A DNA stretch of 64,000 bases from positions 1 to 64,000 of the IMG/VR virus record IMGVR_UViG_3300023178_000030. One strand, written 5' to 3'. This stretch comes from a virus. Shown piece by piece: positions 1 through 9,726 of this stretch. The notes beneath the pieces are model-generated. The model was not told the DNA's origin and searched no databases. It was given only the letters and a program-made list of their open reading frames with translations. The position numbers were made by a program, and so were the translations under genes. Positions within the stretch are counted from its first letter, which is position 1. Every line of letters begins with the position of its first letter.

Positions 1-2
1 AA

Positions 3-152
3 AATGTATCTGATGAAATTGTAGAAAATGCAGAAGATACCACAACTTTATTAGAAAAGTATATTGAAGAACTTGATGTTGATATTGATAAGAAAAGATT
101 AACAAGTATGATGAAATCTTTATATGTTGAAGCGAGTGATTTAGAATTATAA
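3..152 (+). CDS. gp47: 3' end of recombination endonuclease subunit gp47 (partial)
   Basis: Open frame ...AEDTTTLLEKYIEELDVDIDKKRLTSMMKSLYVEASDLEL* directly upstream of gp46; T4-like synteny. Confidence 0.8.
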   Translation, partial: NVSDEIVENAEDTTTLLEKYIEELDVDIDKKRLTSMMKSLYVEASDLEL

Positions 153-155
153 TTT

Positions 156-1868
156 ATGTTAAAGTTTAAATATGTGAGATATAAGAATCTGTTAAGTACA
201 GGTAATAACTTTACAGAGATTCAGATTGATAGAAATCCTACAACATTATTTGTAGGTGAAAATGGTGCAGGTAAATCTACCATTCTTGATGCATTATGTT
301 TTGGTTTATTTGGTAGGCCATATCGAACAATCACAAAATCACAATTAGTAAATTCAATAAACGAATCAGGAACTGTAGTTGAAATAGAACTTGAAACAAA
401 TGGTAAGTATGTAAAAATTGTTCGTGGTATGAAACCAAACAAGTTTGAAGTTTATATTGATAACACACTAATGAATCAAGATGCGGCCGCAAAAGATTAT
501 CAAGAACAATTAGAACAACATATTCTAAAATTAAACTATCGTTCATTTACTCAAGTTGTTATTTTAGGAACATCAACATTTGTTCCTTTTATGCAATTGT
601 CATCAAAAGTAAGACGAGAAGTTGTTGAAGATATTTTAGATATAAAGATATTTTCTTTAATGAATGTTATTCTCAAAACAAAAGCAAAAGAACTATTAGA
701 GAATACAACTGCATTAGAAAATAAAATGGTTATCACTCAAAAAGAAATAGACTTACATAAGAAGTATATAAAAGATTTAAGTGAAAACAAAGAATCAATT
801 ATTAAGAGTAACAATGACCAGATATCAGAAAACAATAAAACTATTGATACTAAAACAAAAGAATTAAATACTTTCAAAGAAGAATACGACAAAGAAAATA
901 AAAATATTGATTCTGTTGCATATGAAGAAAGTACAAAGAAAGTTACAAAGATAAATTCAACAAGTGGTAAATTAGAAAACAAGAAATCACATTTTGATAA
1001 TCAGATTGATTGGTGGAAAGATCATGATGATTGTCCAACTTGCGAACAAGTCATTACTGATGAATTTAAACAGAAAAAAATAAATGATTTCAATACAAAG
1101 ATAAAAGAATTAGATAAAGCTTTAGAAGAACTTTCAGATATGGAAAAAACTGAAAAAGGTAAACTATCTGCATGGAATAAATGTAAAACAAAGTTAGATG
1201 GTATTAAAGTAGAAACTGCAAAACTTACAACATCATTAAATGAATTGAAAAAGTTTAATAGTAAATTAGAATCAGATAATACAAAATATAGTAACAAAGA
1301 TATTTCTGATGAAGATGTAAAGAAGTTAGGTTCGCTTGAAGGTGAATTAAAAACACTAGAAGAATTAAAACAAAAATATAATGTAGATAAATTTTACATT
1401 GATGTTGCAAAGAATTTATTACAAGATTCTGGTATTAAAACAAAGATTGTAAAACAATATTTACCTATTATGAATAAGTTAATAAACACTTACTTGACAA
1501 GTATGGACTTTTTTGTTAACTTTAATATTGATGAAAATTTTAATGAAACAATTAAGTCAAGATTTAGAGATGTATTTTCATATGCAAACTTTTCAGAGGG
1601 TGAAAAGATGAGAATAGATTTAGCATTATTATTCACTTGGAGAGCTGTTGCAAAAATGAAAAATAGTGTAAGTACAAATCTATTAATACTTGATGAGATA
1701 TTTGACAGCTCATTAGATGCAAATGGTACAGATGAGTTTTTAAAAATATTAAATACTTTTCAAGATGAAAATATATTTGTTATATCACACAAACAAGATA
1801 TTTTGTATGATAAGTTTAGAAGTGTTGTTCATTTTAAGAAAGAAAGGAATTTTAGTCATATCGTTTAG
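156..1868 (+). CDS. gp46: Recombination endonuclease subunit gp46 (Rad50/SbcC-like ATPase)
   Basis: Walker A GENGAGKST, coiled coil with CPTC zinc hook, FSEGEK signature, LLILDE Walker B. Confidence 0.97.
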   Translation: MLKFKYVRYKNLLSTGNNFTEIQIDRNPTTLFVGENGAGKSTILDALCFGLFGRPYRTITKSQLVNSINESGTVVEIELETNGKYVKIVRGMKPNKFEVYIDNTLMNQDAAAKDYQEQLEQHILKLNYRSFTQVVILGTSTFVPFMQLSSKVRREVVEDILDIKIFSLMNVILKTKAKELLENTTALENKMVITQKEIDLHKKYIKDLSENKESIIKSNNDQISENNKTIDTKTKELNTFKEEYDKENKNIDSVAYEESTKKVTKINSTSGKLENKKSHFDNQIDWWKDHDDCPTCEQVITDEFKQKKINDFNTKIKELDKALEELSDMEKTEKGKLSAWNKCKTKLDGIKVETAKLTTSLNELKKFNSKLESDNTKYSNKDISDEDVKKLGSLEGELKTLEELKQKYNVDKFYIDVAKNLLQDSGIKTKIVKQYLPIMNKLINTYLTSMDFFVNFNIDENFNETIKSRFRDVFSYANFSEGEKMRIDLALLFTWRAVAKMKNSVSTNLLILDEIFDSSLDANGTDEFLKILNTFQDENIFVISHKQDILYDKFRSVVHFKKERNFSHIV

Positions 1869-1880
1869 AAAGGAGTTATA

Positions 1881-2423
1881 ATGGTATATAAATTATTAGA
1901 TTCTTCAAGTCCATCTTTGAGTGTTAAACTACCAGAGATTACTATTGAAGAATTAAAAGAAAAACATAATCTAACACCACAAGAATTAAAAGATAATTTA
2001 GTAAAGACTATGCAGAATTATCGTGGTATAGGTTTGAGTGCGAATCAATGTGGTTTACCTATTCGTGCATTTGTTATGTATACAAATTTACGAACTGATG
2101 AATTTGAATTGTATATTAATCCTAAAATTACATTTGAATCAGAAGAAACAGAAATGTTTACAGAGGGTTGTTTAACATACCCATTTTTGTTTTTAGCATT
2201 GAAAAGACCAAAGTTTATAGAGTTTACATATCTTGATATGGAAGGTAAAGAACAAACTGGTAAATTTACTGGACTAACATCAAGAGTATTTCAACATGAG
2301 TACGATCATATGCAAGGTAAAAACTTTACAATGTTAGCATCTAGATTGAAGTTAGACCTTGCACAAAAGAAAGCAAACAAAAAACTAAAACAAGCCATAA
2401 AAAGAAAAGAAGAAATGTCATGA
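1881..2423 (+). CDS. def: Peptide deformylase
   Basis: Motifs GIGLSANQ, EGCL, HEYDH. Confidence 0.95.
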   Translation: MVYKLLDSSSPSLSVKLPEITIEELKEKHNLTPQELKDNLVKTMQNYRGIGLSANQCGLPIRAFVMYTNLRTDEFELYINPKITFESEETEMFTEGCLTYPFLFLALKRPKFIEFTYLDMEGKEQTGKFTGLTSRVFQHEYDHMQGKNFTMLASRLKLDLAQKKANKKLKQAIKRKEEMS

Positions 2424-3022
2424 GTAAGAAAGTAATATTAACTGATTGTGATGGTGTTCTTTTAGATTGGTATAATCATTTTTCTAAATGGATGGACAAA
2501 AGAGGTTACAAAAGTAGACCAATAGAATCTTATGAAGTTTATGGTCAAGTGTTATTAAAACGATATGATTTAACTTTAGATGAACATGATGCATTATGTC
2601 AAGAATTTAATCATTCTGCATGGGTAAGATTTGTTCCATCAATTAGAGATGCAGTTGCAGGTATAAAAAGATTACATGAAGAATATGGTTATGAGTTTCA
2701 TGTGATAACTGCATTTGGTGGTGATTATTATTCAAAAGCATTACGAGTACATAATCTTAAAAAGTATTTTGGTGAAGCGATTACAAAAGTAGTATGGACA
2801 CCATTTAGAGGAAGTAAACTTGAGGCTCTATCAGAATACAAAGGAACAAATTATTATTGGTTAGATGATAAACCTAGACACGCAGAATCAGGTTTGACAC
2901 ATGGACTGAAATCTGTTATCATGGAACATGATTACAACTTAAAATACAAAGATGAAGGCAAATATCGAAAAGATATACATTTTGTTAAAGACTGGAAACA
3001 TTTCACAGAACTGGTTCAGTAA
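2420..3022 (+). CDS. HAD-family phosphatase / 5'-nucleotidase-like (T4 30.2-like)
   Basis: N-terminal DCDGV and a C-terminal LDDKP motif. Confidence 0.75.
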   Translation: MSKKVILTDCDGVLLDWYNHFSKWMDKRGYKSRPIESYEVYGQVLLKRYDLTLDEHDALCQEFNHSAWVRFVPSIRDAVAGIKRLHEEYGYEFHVITAFGGDYYSKALRVHNLKKYFGEAITKVVWTPFRGSKLEALSEYKGTNYYWLDDKPRHAESGLTHGLKSVIMEHDYNLKYKDEGKYRKDIHFVKDWKHFTELVQ

Positions 3023-3089
3023 GTCCTTGATTTTAAATAATTCTTTTTTCGTTATAAGTATTGACAAATGTTATCAAAACAAGTATAAT
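3020..3089 (+). promoter_or_regulatory. IHF-consensus site plus sigma70-type promoter
   Basis: TAAGTCCTTGATT (reverse complement AATCAAGGACTTA = WATCAR-N4-TTR) at 3020; TTGACA 3061, 17 nt spacer, TATAAT 3084. Confidence 0.8.
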
Positions 3090-3124
3090 GGACTCATAAA
3101 CTTAATTAACTAAAGGAGAGAAAA

Positions 3125-4030
3125 ATGTCACATAATGTAGAAACAATGGCTTATGCAGGTGAAGTTCCATGGCACGGTCTTGGAGAGAAAGTTCCTGCTG
3201 ATTTGACAACTGAACAATTTATGAGAAAAGCAGGTCTTGATTGGAAAGTTGAGAAAGAAACTATTACAACATCATCTGGTGCAGAAGTGCATGGTAAAAG
3301 AGCACTTGTAAGACAATCAGATAATACTGTTTTAGATATTGTTGGTTCTAATTGGAATCCAGTTCAAAATTCAGAAGCATTTGATTTTTTTACTGAATAT
3401 GTAAATGCAGGTGATATGGAAATGCACACAGCAGGTTCGTTGAAAAATGGTGAAATTGTTTGGGCTCTTGCTAAAACAAAAGATTCATTTGAATTATTCA
3501 ATGGTGATATTACTGATAATTATTTCTTATTTACAAACCCACATAAGTTTGGTAAATGTATTGATATCAGAATGACACCTGTTCGAGTTGTATGTAATAA
3601 TACTTTAACATTATCTTTAAATCAAAGTACAGATAAAATGTTAACAGTAAATCATAGAAAACCATTTGATGCAGAAGAAGTTAAACAACAAATGGGTATT
3701 GCAAGAGAAAAGATGGAACAATACAAATCAATGGCACAATTTCTTGGTAAAAAGAGATATACTGCTGAAAATGTTACTGCATACTTCAATGATGTTTTTG
3801 GTGAAAATTCTAGAAACGCTTCACTTGCACATGATAACTTACAAACTCAGCCTGGTGCAAAATATGGTGAGGGTTCTTGGTGGCAAGCATTTAATGCTGT
3901 TACTTACATGACTGACCATTTGCAAGGTAGAGAAAACGATTCAAGACTTGTATCTGCATGGTACGGTAGAAATCGTAAAGTTAAACTCAACGCTTTAGAC
4001 AAAGCACTTGAGTATGCTGAAGTTGCTTAG
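3125..4030 (+). CDS. DUF932 family phage/plasmid protein
   Basis: MAYAGEVPWHGLG N-terminus, TPVRVVCNNTL, WQAFNAVT. Confidence 0.85.
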   Translation: MSHNVETMAYAGEVPWHGLGEKVPADLTTEQFMRKAGLDWKVEKETITTSSGAEVHGKRALVRQSDNTVLDIVGSNWNPVQNSEAFDFFTEYVNAGDMEMHTAGSLKNGEIVWALAKTKDSFELFNGDITDNYFLFTNPHKFGKCIDIRMTPVRVVCNNTLTLSLNQSTDKMLTVNHRKPFDAEEVKQQMGIAREKMEQYKSMAQFLGKKRYTAENVTAYFNDVFGENSRNASLAHDNLQTQPGAKYGEGSWWQAFNAVTYMTDHLQGRENDSRLVSAWYGRNRKVKLNALDKALEYAEVA

Positions 4031-4131
4031 GTTCAGAGGTGGTCCTATTAGGTAGCCTCATATGAACGGATATGTTTTAAAAGTTTTTAATTCGTGAACA
4101 AAAAAAACTTTTATTTTGTTTATACTTTTTG

Positions 4132-4199
4132 TATAAATAGTTATCGTAATATGCCTTACGGGTATTACATTTTAATCTTGCTAAATAGGAGATAATACA
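4132..4199 (+). promoter_or_regulatory. T4-type late promoter plus ROSE-like RNA thermometer in the hsp20 5'UTR
   Basis: TATAAATA 4132-4139; hairpin GTAATATGCC-TTAC-GGGTATTAC; TCTTGCT (4176-4182) can pair with the SD AGGAGA (4187-4192). Confidence 0.65.
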
Positions 4200-4622
4200 A
4201 TGGTAGATTCATTAGCACACCTCGACCCTAGCAGGGTCAAAACATACTCAATTGGTTTTGATAGAATGTTCGACAGATTATGGGAGAATACATATTCTAA
4301 TCAAAGCTACCCACCATACAATATCATTCATGAGAAAGACGACAAGTACAAAATTGAAATTGCACTTGCTGGTTTTCAAAAAGATGATATCGAAATTGAA
4401 ACCAAAGAAAATGTTCTTGTTATAAGAACAAAAGATGTTTCTAAAGATGACGATCAAGATTATCTACACAGAGGTATTTCAAAAAGACATTTTGAAAGAA
4501 AGTTTAACCTTGCTGAAGATGTTGTTGTAAATGGTGCATCATTAGAACATGGACTTTTGGTTATTGACCTTGAAAGAATCATTCCAGAGGAAAAGAAACC
4601 TCGTTTGATAGACATAAAGTAA
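4200..4622 (+). CDS. hsp20: Small heat shock protein Hsp20 (IbpA-like)
   Basis: YPPYNI, IEIALAGF, YLHRGISKR, IPEEKKPRLI. Confidence 0.95.
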   Translation: MVDSLAHLDPSRVKTYSIGFDRMFDRLWENTYSNQSYPPYNIIHEKDDKYKIEIALAGFQKDDIEIETKENVLVIRTKDVSKDDDQDYLHRGISKRHFERKFNLAEDVVVNGASLEHGLLVIDLERIIPEEKKPRLIDIK

Positions 4623-4684
4623 TACTTGACAAATAAGTTTATTTTGTGTTATAATTTGTTTTTAAATCGTTATGGAGATATATT

Positions 4685-4939
4685 ATGTATAAAAAGTTAA
4701 GTAAAACTCAAAAAGTAGTAAATCTACTCATGAAGGGCAAAAATGTTTCTTGGAAAACTTTAAGAAGCAGATTTGACTTAACCTCACCTACGAAGTTAAT
4801 TCATACACTTCGCAAAAGAGGTTTCTGCATTTATGAGAATAAAGTAGATGGTGAAGTCAACTATAGACTTGGAACACCTTCTAAAGCAATCATAGCTGCA
4901 GGAATCGAAAAGGTTCTCGATACACAGTATGCCTATTAA
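4685..4939 (+). CDS. Conserved phage hypothetical protein (winged-HTH-like)
   Basis: Follows promoter TTGACA 4626/TATAAT 4650 and SD GGAG; YRLGTPSKAIIAAG C-terminus. Confidence 0.6.
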   Translation: MYKKLSKTQKVVNLLMKGKNVSWKTLRSRFDLTSPTKLIHTLRKRGFCIYENKVDGEVNYRLGTPSKAIIAAGIEKVLDTQYAY

Positions 4940-5213
4940 AAACTGTAAGTATAATGAGGACAAAATCCTTAAAGATGTTTCAGAGTATGTTGCAAAGACA
5001 TACTCTGAACATTACTCCAGAAATAAATTTCAAGCAACTGAATTTATAATGGACAATGGTCATGGTGAAGGTTTTTGTATTGGCAACATTATGAAGTATG
5101 CACAAAGATACGGAAAGAAAAGTGGATACAATCGTAATGATTTGATGAAAATAATACATTACACAATCATGGCAATTTATAATCATGATGAAATACTGAA
5201 AGGTAAAAAATGA
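4929..5213 (+). CDS. DUF3310-like conserved phage protein
   Basis: GFCIGNIMKYAQRYGKK...DLMKIIHY. Confidence 0.65.
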   Translation: MPIKNCKYNEDKILKDVSEYVAKTYSEHYSRNKFQATEFIMDNGHGEGFCIGNIMKYAQRYGKKSGYNRNDLMKIIHYTIMAIYNHDEILKGKK

Positions 5214-5383
5214 TAAGCAATGTTGATAGGCTAGTTTTCTTGATGGATGAAATAAGAATCTTGAAAGAAAGAATTCAACCTACTGATACAGGACATTTAC
5301 ACACAGCAGTTGGTGTTCTATACACTAGAGTTGAAGAAGTCACTAAACAATTAAATGAGGAAAATCGTAATGAAATTAAGTGA
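5210..5383 (+). CDS. Small hypothetical protein (57 aa; not in ORF track)
   Basis: MISNVDRL...PTDTGHLHTAVGVL...EIK*; overlaps both neighbours in operon fashion. Confidence 0.65.
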   Translation: MISNVDRLVFLMDEIRILKERIQPTDTGHLHTAVGVLYTRVEEVTKQLNEENRNEIK

Positions 5384-6029
5384 AGATACAAGAGAAGTTT
5401 TAAAAAACTTTTCTCAAATTAATCCCAATCTTTTAGTTAAAGGTGGTAGTAAAATTGCTACAATGTCTGCAATGAAAAACATTGTTGCATTGTCTAATGT
5501 ATCAGATAATTTTTCACAAGAGTTTGCAATATATGACTTAAATGAATTCTTATCTGCATTATCATTATTTAAAGAACCTGATTTATCTTTTTCTAATGAT
5601 AGTGTAAAACTTAAAGAACAAAATGGTAACAGTTCTTTAAACTATTATTTTTCAGACCCTTCAATTGTTACTGCACCAAAAACAGAAATAACAATGCCTA
5701 GTGTTGCTGTTGAATTTGTTTTGACAGAAAGTATATTTGCACAAATACAAAAAGCAGCTGCAGTATTGAATGTTCCTGATTTAGTTTTAAAGGGTGCTCA
5801 AGGTTCTGATATTAATCTGTTAATAACAGATAGAAAGAATACATCATCAAATGATTTTTCAATTAAAGTTGGTGAAAATGCAGAATCAGATTTTGCATAC
5901 AATTTTAAAGTAGAAAACTTAAAATTATTATCTGGCGATTATGATGTTAAAGTTAGTGATAAAGGTATCTCTAATTTTAAACATAAGAAAAAAGATATAG
6001 AGTATTTTATTGCACTAGAATCTAACTAA
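5370..6029 (+). CDS. gp45: Sliding clamp gp45
   Basis: MKLSEDTREVLKNFSQIN, FAIYDLNEFL, YFIALE; start placed after SD GAGG. Confidence 0.95.
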   Translation: MKLSEDTREVLKNFSQINPNLLVKGGSKIATMSAMKNIVALSNVSDNFSQEFAIYDLNEFLSALSLFKEPDLSFSNDSVKLKEQNGNSSLNYYFSDPSIVTAPKTEITMPSVAVEFVLTESIFAQIQKAAAVLNVPDLVLKGAQGSDINLLITDRKNTSSNDFSIKVGENAESDFAYNFKVENLKLLSGDYDVKVSDKGISNFKHKKKDIEYFIALESN

Positions 6030-6049
6030 TAATCGTTAGGAGTTATATA

Positions 6050-6988
6050 ATGAATGATGTGATGCTTTGGGTCGAGAAGTATCGACCCAATAAGATTGGT
6101 GATTGTATTTTACCAAAAGAAATAAAAAATACATTTCAAAAATTTGTAGATAATAAACACATACCTAATTTACTATTATCAGGTAAGCCTGGTGTAGGAA
6201 AGACTACTGTTGCAAAGGCAGTATTAGAAGAATTAGGTTGTACTTATATTCTAATCAATGGTTCTGATGAAGGTAGACAGATAGATGTTTTAAGAACAAA
6301 GATAAAAAACTTTGCTTCTACAATGTCTATTGGTGGTGAAAGAAAGTATGTTATTCTTGACGAGGCAGACTATCTCAATCCTGAATCTGTTCAACCTGCA
6401 TTAAGAAGTTTTATTGAAGAATTTCATAAGAATTGTGGTTTCATATTTACTTGTAATTACAAAAACAAAATTTTAGAACCTTTACAATCAAGATGTTCTA
6501 ATGTTGATTTTGTAATACCCACAGCTGAGAAACCAAAACTTGCACAAACTTTTTTCAAAAGAATAGAAACTATTTTAACTCAAGAAGAAATTGATTTTGA
6601 ACCAAGACCAGTTGTTGAATTGATTCAAAAACATTTCCCTGATTGGAGAAGAATACTTAATGAGTTACAAAGATATTCTGCATCAGGTAAAATTGATTCA
6701 GGTATATTAGTTAGTATTTCAGAAACTAATATGAAAGATTTAGTAACATTCTTAAAAGAAAAAGATTTTAAATCTATTCGTAAATGGGTTGTAAACAATC
6801 TTGATAATGATGCATCTATATTTAAAAAGATATATGATACATTATATGAAAAGATTGAACCATCAACTGTACCACATTTAGTTTTGTTAGTTGCAGATTA
6901 TCAATACAAGTCTGCATTTGTAGCCGATCAAGAAATTAATATGTTGGCATTTATGTTAGAAACCATGTCACAAGTGAAGTTTAAGTAA
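6050..6988 (+). CDS. gp44: Clamp loader ATPase subunit gp44
   Basis: LWVEKYRP, GKPGVGKT, DEAD, SRC motifs. Confidence 0.97.
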   Translation: MNDVMLWVEKYRPNKIGDCILPKEIKNTFQKFVDNKHIPNLLLSGKPGVGKTTVAKAVLEELGCTYILINGSDEGRQIDVLRTKIKNFASTMSIGGERKYVILDEADYLNPESVQPALRSFIEEFHKNCGFIFTCNYKNKILEPLQSRCSNVDFVIPTAEKPKLAQTFFKRIETILTQEEIDFEPRPVVELIQKHFPDWRRILNELQRYSASGKIDSGILVSISETNMKDLVTFLKEKDFKSIRKWVVNNLDNDASIFKKIYDTLYEKIEPSTVPHLVLLVADYQYKSAFVADQEINMLAFMLETMSQVKFK

Positions 6989-7374
6989 TGTATGAATTAA
7001 AAGATTATCTAAACGCAATTAATTACACAAAAGAAAAGTTACTAGATAGTGATGATGAAACTTGGAAGAAGAAATATCCACCTTACATTGTTAATAAATG
7101 TCTAGCACCACACAATGACACAATTATGTTAGTCAATGAGATTAACATGAGGCATCATTTAGATAAAAAGTTACAGTTTGACTTTTTGATAAATAGTATT
7201 AGAAAGCGAAAGCGATTTGAACCTTATGTCAGAAGTGGTAAAATTAAAGACATAGAGTATGTAAAAGAGTATTATGGTTACAGTAATGAAAAGGCTAAAA
7301 CTGCTCTGAAGATACTAACCAAAGAACAAATAACCACTATAAGAAAAAAACTAAACAAAGGTGGAAGAAAATGA
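6988..7374 (+). CDS. gp62: Clamp loader small subunit gp62
   Basis: Synteny; LQFDFLINSIRKRKRF, VKEYYGYSNEKA. Confidence 0.92.
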   Translation: MYELKDYLNAINYTKEKLLDSDDETWKKKYPPYIVNKCLAPHNDTIMLVNEINMRHHLDKKLQFDFLINSIRKRKRFEPYVRSGKIKDIEYVKEYYGYSNEKAKTALKILTKEQITTIRKKLNKGGRK

Positions 7375-7778
7375 ATGATGTAATATGGAATCCAGAGCAG
7401 ATGCTCGAAATCAAACTAAAAGAACCAGATGACTTTTTAAAAGTTAGAGAAACACTTTCAAGAATAGGTGTTGCATCTCGAAAAGAAAAAAAGTTATATC
7501 AAAGTTGTCACATCCTACACAAACAGGGAAGTTATTATCTAGTACATTTTAAAGAATTGTTTGCACTAGATGGTAAAACCACAAACATTTCAAGTAACGA
7601 CATTGCAAGAAGAAATTCTATAGCTCAACTATTAAAAGATTGGGGTTTAGTCGAAGTAGTTGGTAACATAGATAACAAAGCACCACTTTCCCAAATCAAA
7701 GTGATTTCATTTAAAGAAAAGGGTGAATGGATTTTAGAAACAAAATATAATATTGGAAATAAAAGGACAGAAGAATGA
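7371..7778 (+). CDS. regA: Translational repressor RegA
   Basis: DDFLKVRETLSRIG, LYQSCHILHKQG, VHFKELF. Confidence 0.96.
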   Translation: MNDVIWNPEQMLEIKLKEPDDFLKVRETLSRIGVASRKEKKLYQSCHILHKQGSYYLVHFKELFALDGKTTNISSNDIARRNSIAQLLKDWGLVEVVGNIDNKAPLSQIKVISFKEKGEWILETKYNIGNKRTEE

Positions 7779-8020
7779 TTATAAAAGCTTTACGAGCAAA
7801 ATACAAATATGAAATTGCATCTGCAAAGGCAAACATTGAAGTGTATAGGAATAATCCAGTTGGTGTAGGAGAACATCCTGATTTAGTGAGTGCAGTAGAT
7901 TGTGAATTGAAAAAACTTACTGACGCAGAGGATAAATTAAATACACTTATTAAGCATTACCCATATGAAGCCCATGGAGAAGATGATCCTGAAAAGAATC
8001 AAGAAACTCTTTTTGGTTAA
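7775..8020 (+). CDS. Conserved phage hypothetical protein
   Basis: NPVGVGEHPDLV motif; translationally coupled to regA. Confidence 0.65.
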   Translation: MIIKALRAKYKYEIASAKANIEVYRNNPVGVGEHPDLVSAVDCELKKLTDAEDKLNTLIKHYPYEAHGEDDPEKNQETLFG

Positions 8021-8024
8021 TTCG

Positions 8025-8094
8025 TAAGTCCCTGATTTTAAACAAATCTTTTTTGGTATTTTGTATTGACAACAAACCAGTATTTTGATAAAAT
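8025..8094 (+). promoter_or_regulatory. IHF-consensus site plus sigma70-type promoter
   Basis: TAAGTCCCTGATT at 8025; TTGACA 8066, 17 nt spacer, TAAAAT 8089. Confidence 0.8.
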
Positions 8095-8127
8095 ATTATT
8101 ATTAACTAAACAAATATGAGATAAATT

Positions 8128-9726
8128 ATGATTATGAAATTAATTGAAAATGCTAAACAGTTACTAACTGTACCAGAAGAATTAAAAGAAGAGTTTGAAA
8201 GTGATAAGAGAATATGGACTAGAGTTGAAATTCCTATCGAATTATATTTCAAACTTTCAATGACGGATAACTATTCTTTTAAACATTACCCTCCAAATAA
8301 AAATCAAGTTATTGATCCTAATGATAAATGTAATAGAACTGATAGAAATGATTTGTTGAAAAAACAAGGAATTTTAAAGTGTATATTTGCAGGAATGCCT
8401 ATTCCAGATTTGTCTTTAGTCATTAAAAATAAAAGAAGAAGTATACTTGATGTGAAACAACAAGTTGCTTCAGTTAATGATGGTGGCCACAGAAGTAGAA
8501 CAATTATAGAATTTAAAGCAAATCAAATTAAAACAAGTCCTGATACTGTTTTCTATACTGAAAATAATACTGAAATAAAAATTGGTGATATGACTTATGA
8601 CGAAATTAAAAAGAAATTTCCTAATGCAGTCAAAAAATTTGACGGATATCTTTTGTGTTTAACACTTCAATGGAATCTTGATTCTAAACAAAGAAAAATG
8701 GATTTTGATTGTAGAAATACTCAAAACAAAATTGAAAGACAAGAAGGTAGAAATGCTAATGACGATAATAGAGTTGCTGATGGTGTTCGTAATGCTGTTA
8801 ATAAAATTTTCGGTGAAATAGATGCACGACCTGTTCACAATGTTTTTACAAAAGATGTTTTAGGTTTTAAAAATGATAAAATGGTTTATGATGAAATTGT
8901 TGCAAAGATAATGAAAATGAATCATGAATATGAAGAGCATGGTGGTCATACAGATTTAACTAATGATTCATTAGATGAATTTTATCTAAAAGGTAGTTAT
9001 GCAGGAACTGATAATGGTATCTTTTATAAAAACACAAAGCAATTCAAGAAGTTATTAGATAATACTTATAAAGTTTTAGATTTTTTAGAAGGTGTATTAA
9101 CTGAATGGCCTCAAAAAATTTATGCAAAGAAACAATTAGTTGTTCATGCACTTTTAAGATGGTATTTTCAATATAAAAAAGATTTACAAAATGAAAATCT
9201 TTCTTTAGAATACAATGGAACATTTCGTATTGATTACAAAAAGTTTGCCACACAGTTTGCTAAAGTTGTTATGTTGGAAAATACAAACAATGAAGAAACA
9301 GGTAAATGGACAGGTAAAGAAAAACTTCCTAGAGTATTTGGTGAAGCATTTACTGGTTTTCTAGGTCATTTTAAAAATGATATTAAAATGCAATTAAGTG
9401 TTAAATGGATAATGAATAGTTTTTATGATTCACTTAAAACATTAGAAGATGAAGAAAAATTTGGTTTAACACATTTCGATAGTAGACCTTCTTTTAATAC
9501 TAAAGATATTATTCAAAAATGGATGGATAACGGTGAAAAAGATTGTTTAAAAAACGAACCTGTAAGTTCTGATGATATACAAGGTGACCATGCAATTCCT
9601 AGAAGTCATGGTGTAGTTGCAGGTGGTGTAACCGAGAAATCAAACCTTAAGATTCTTCACAAAGATGATAACAATAAAAAGTCAGATAGAACATTTGAAG
9701 AATATAAGAAAGTTATCAACGAATGA
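8128..9726 (+). CDS. DUF262(ParB-like)-HNH protein, GmrSD/SspE-like nuclease
   Basis: GMPIP and DGGHR (DGQQR-like) in the N-terminal half; C-terminal HNH GDHAIPRSHG...GGVTEKSNL...NNKKSD. Confidence 0.7.
   Translation: MIMKLIENAKQLLTVPEELKEEFESDKRIWTRVEIPIELYFKLSMTDNYSFKHYPPNKNQVIDPNDKCNRTDRNDLLKKQGILKCIFAGMPIPDLSLVIKNKRRSILDVKQQVASVNDGGHRSRTIIEFKANQIKTSPDTVFYTENNTEIKIGDMTYDEIKKKFPNAVKKFDGYLLCLTLQWNLDSKQRKMDFDCRNTQNKIERQEGRNANDDNRVADGVRNAVNKIFGEIDARPVHNVFTKDVLGFKNDKMVYDEIVAKIMKMNHEYEEHGGHTDLTNDSLDEFYLKGSYAGTDNGIFYKNTKQFKKLLDNTYKVLDFLEGVLTEWPQKIYAKKQLVVHALLRWYFQYKKDLQNENLSLEYNGTFRIDYKKFATQFAKVVMLENTNNEETGKWTGKEKLPRVFGEAFTGFLGHFKNDIKMQLSVKWIMNSFYDSLKTLEDEEKFGLTHFDSRPSFNTKDIIQKWMDNGEKDCLKNEPVSSDDIQGDHAIPRSHGVVAGGVTEKSNLKILHKDDNNKKSDRTFEEYKKVINE

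Noticed and set aside
8128-9726. HNH protein as a homing endonuclease or mobile intron
   Set aside because: It is 532 aa with a DUF262-like N-terminus, interrupts no gene, and no intron structure is visible.
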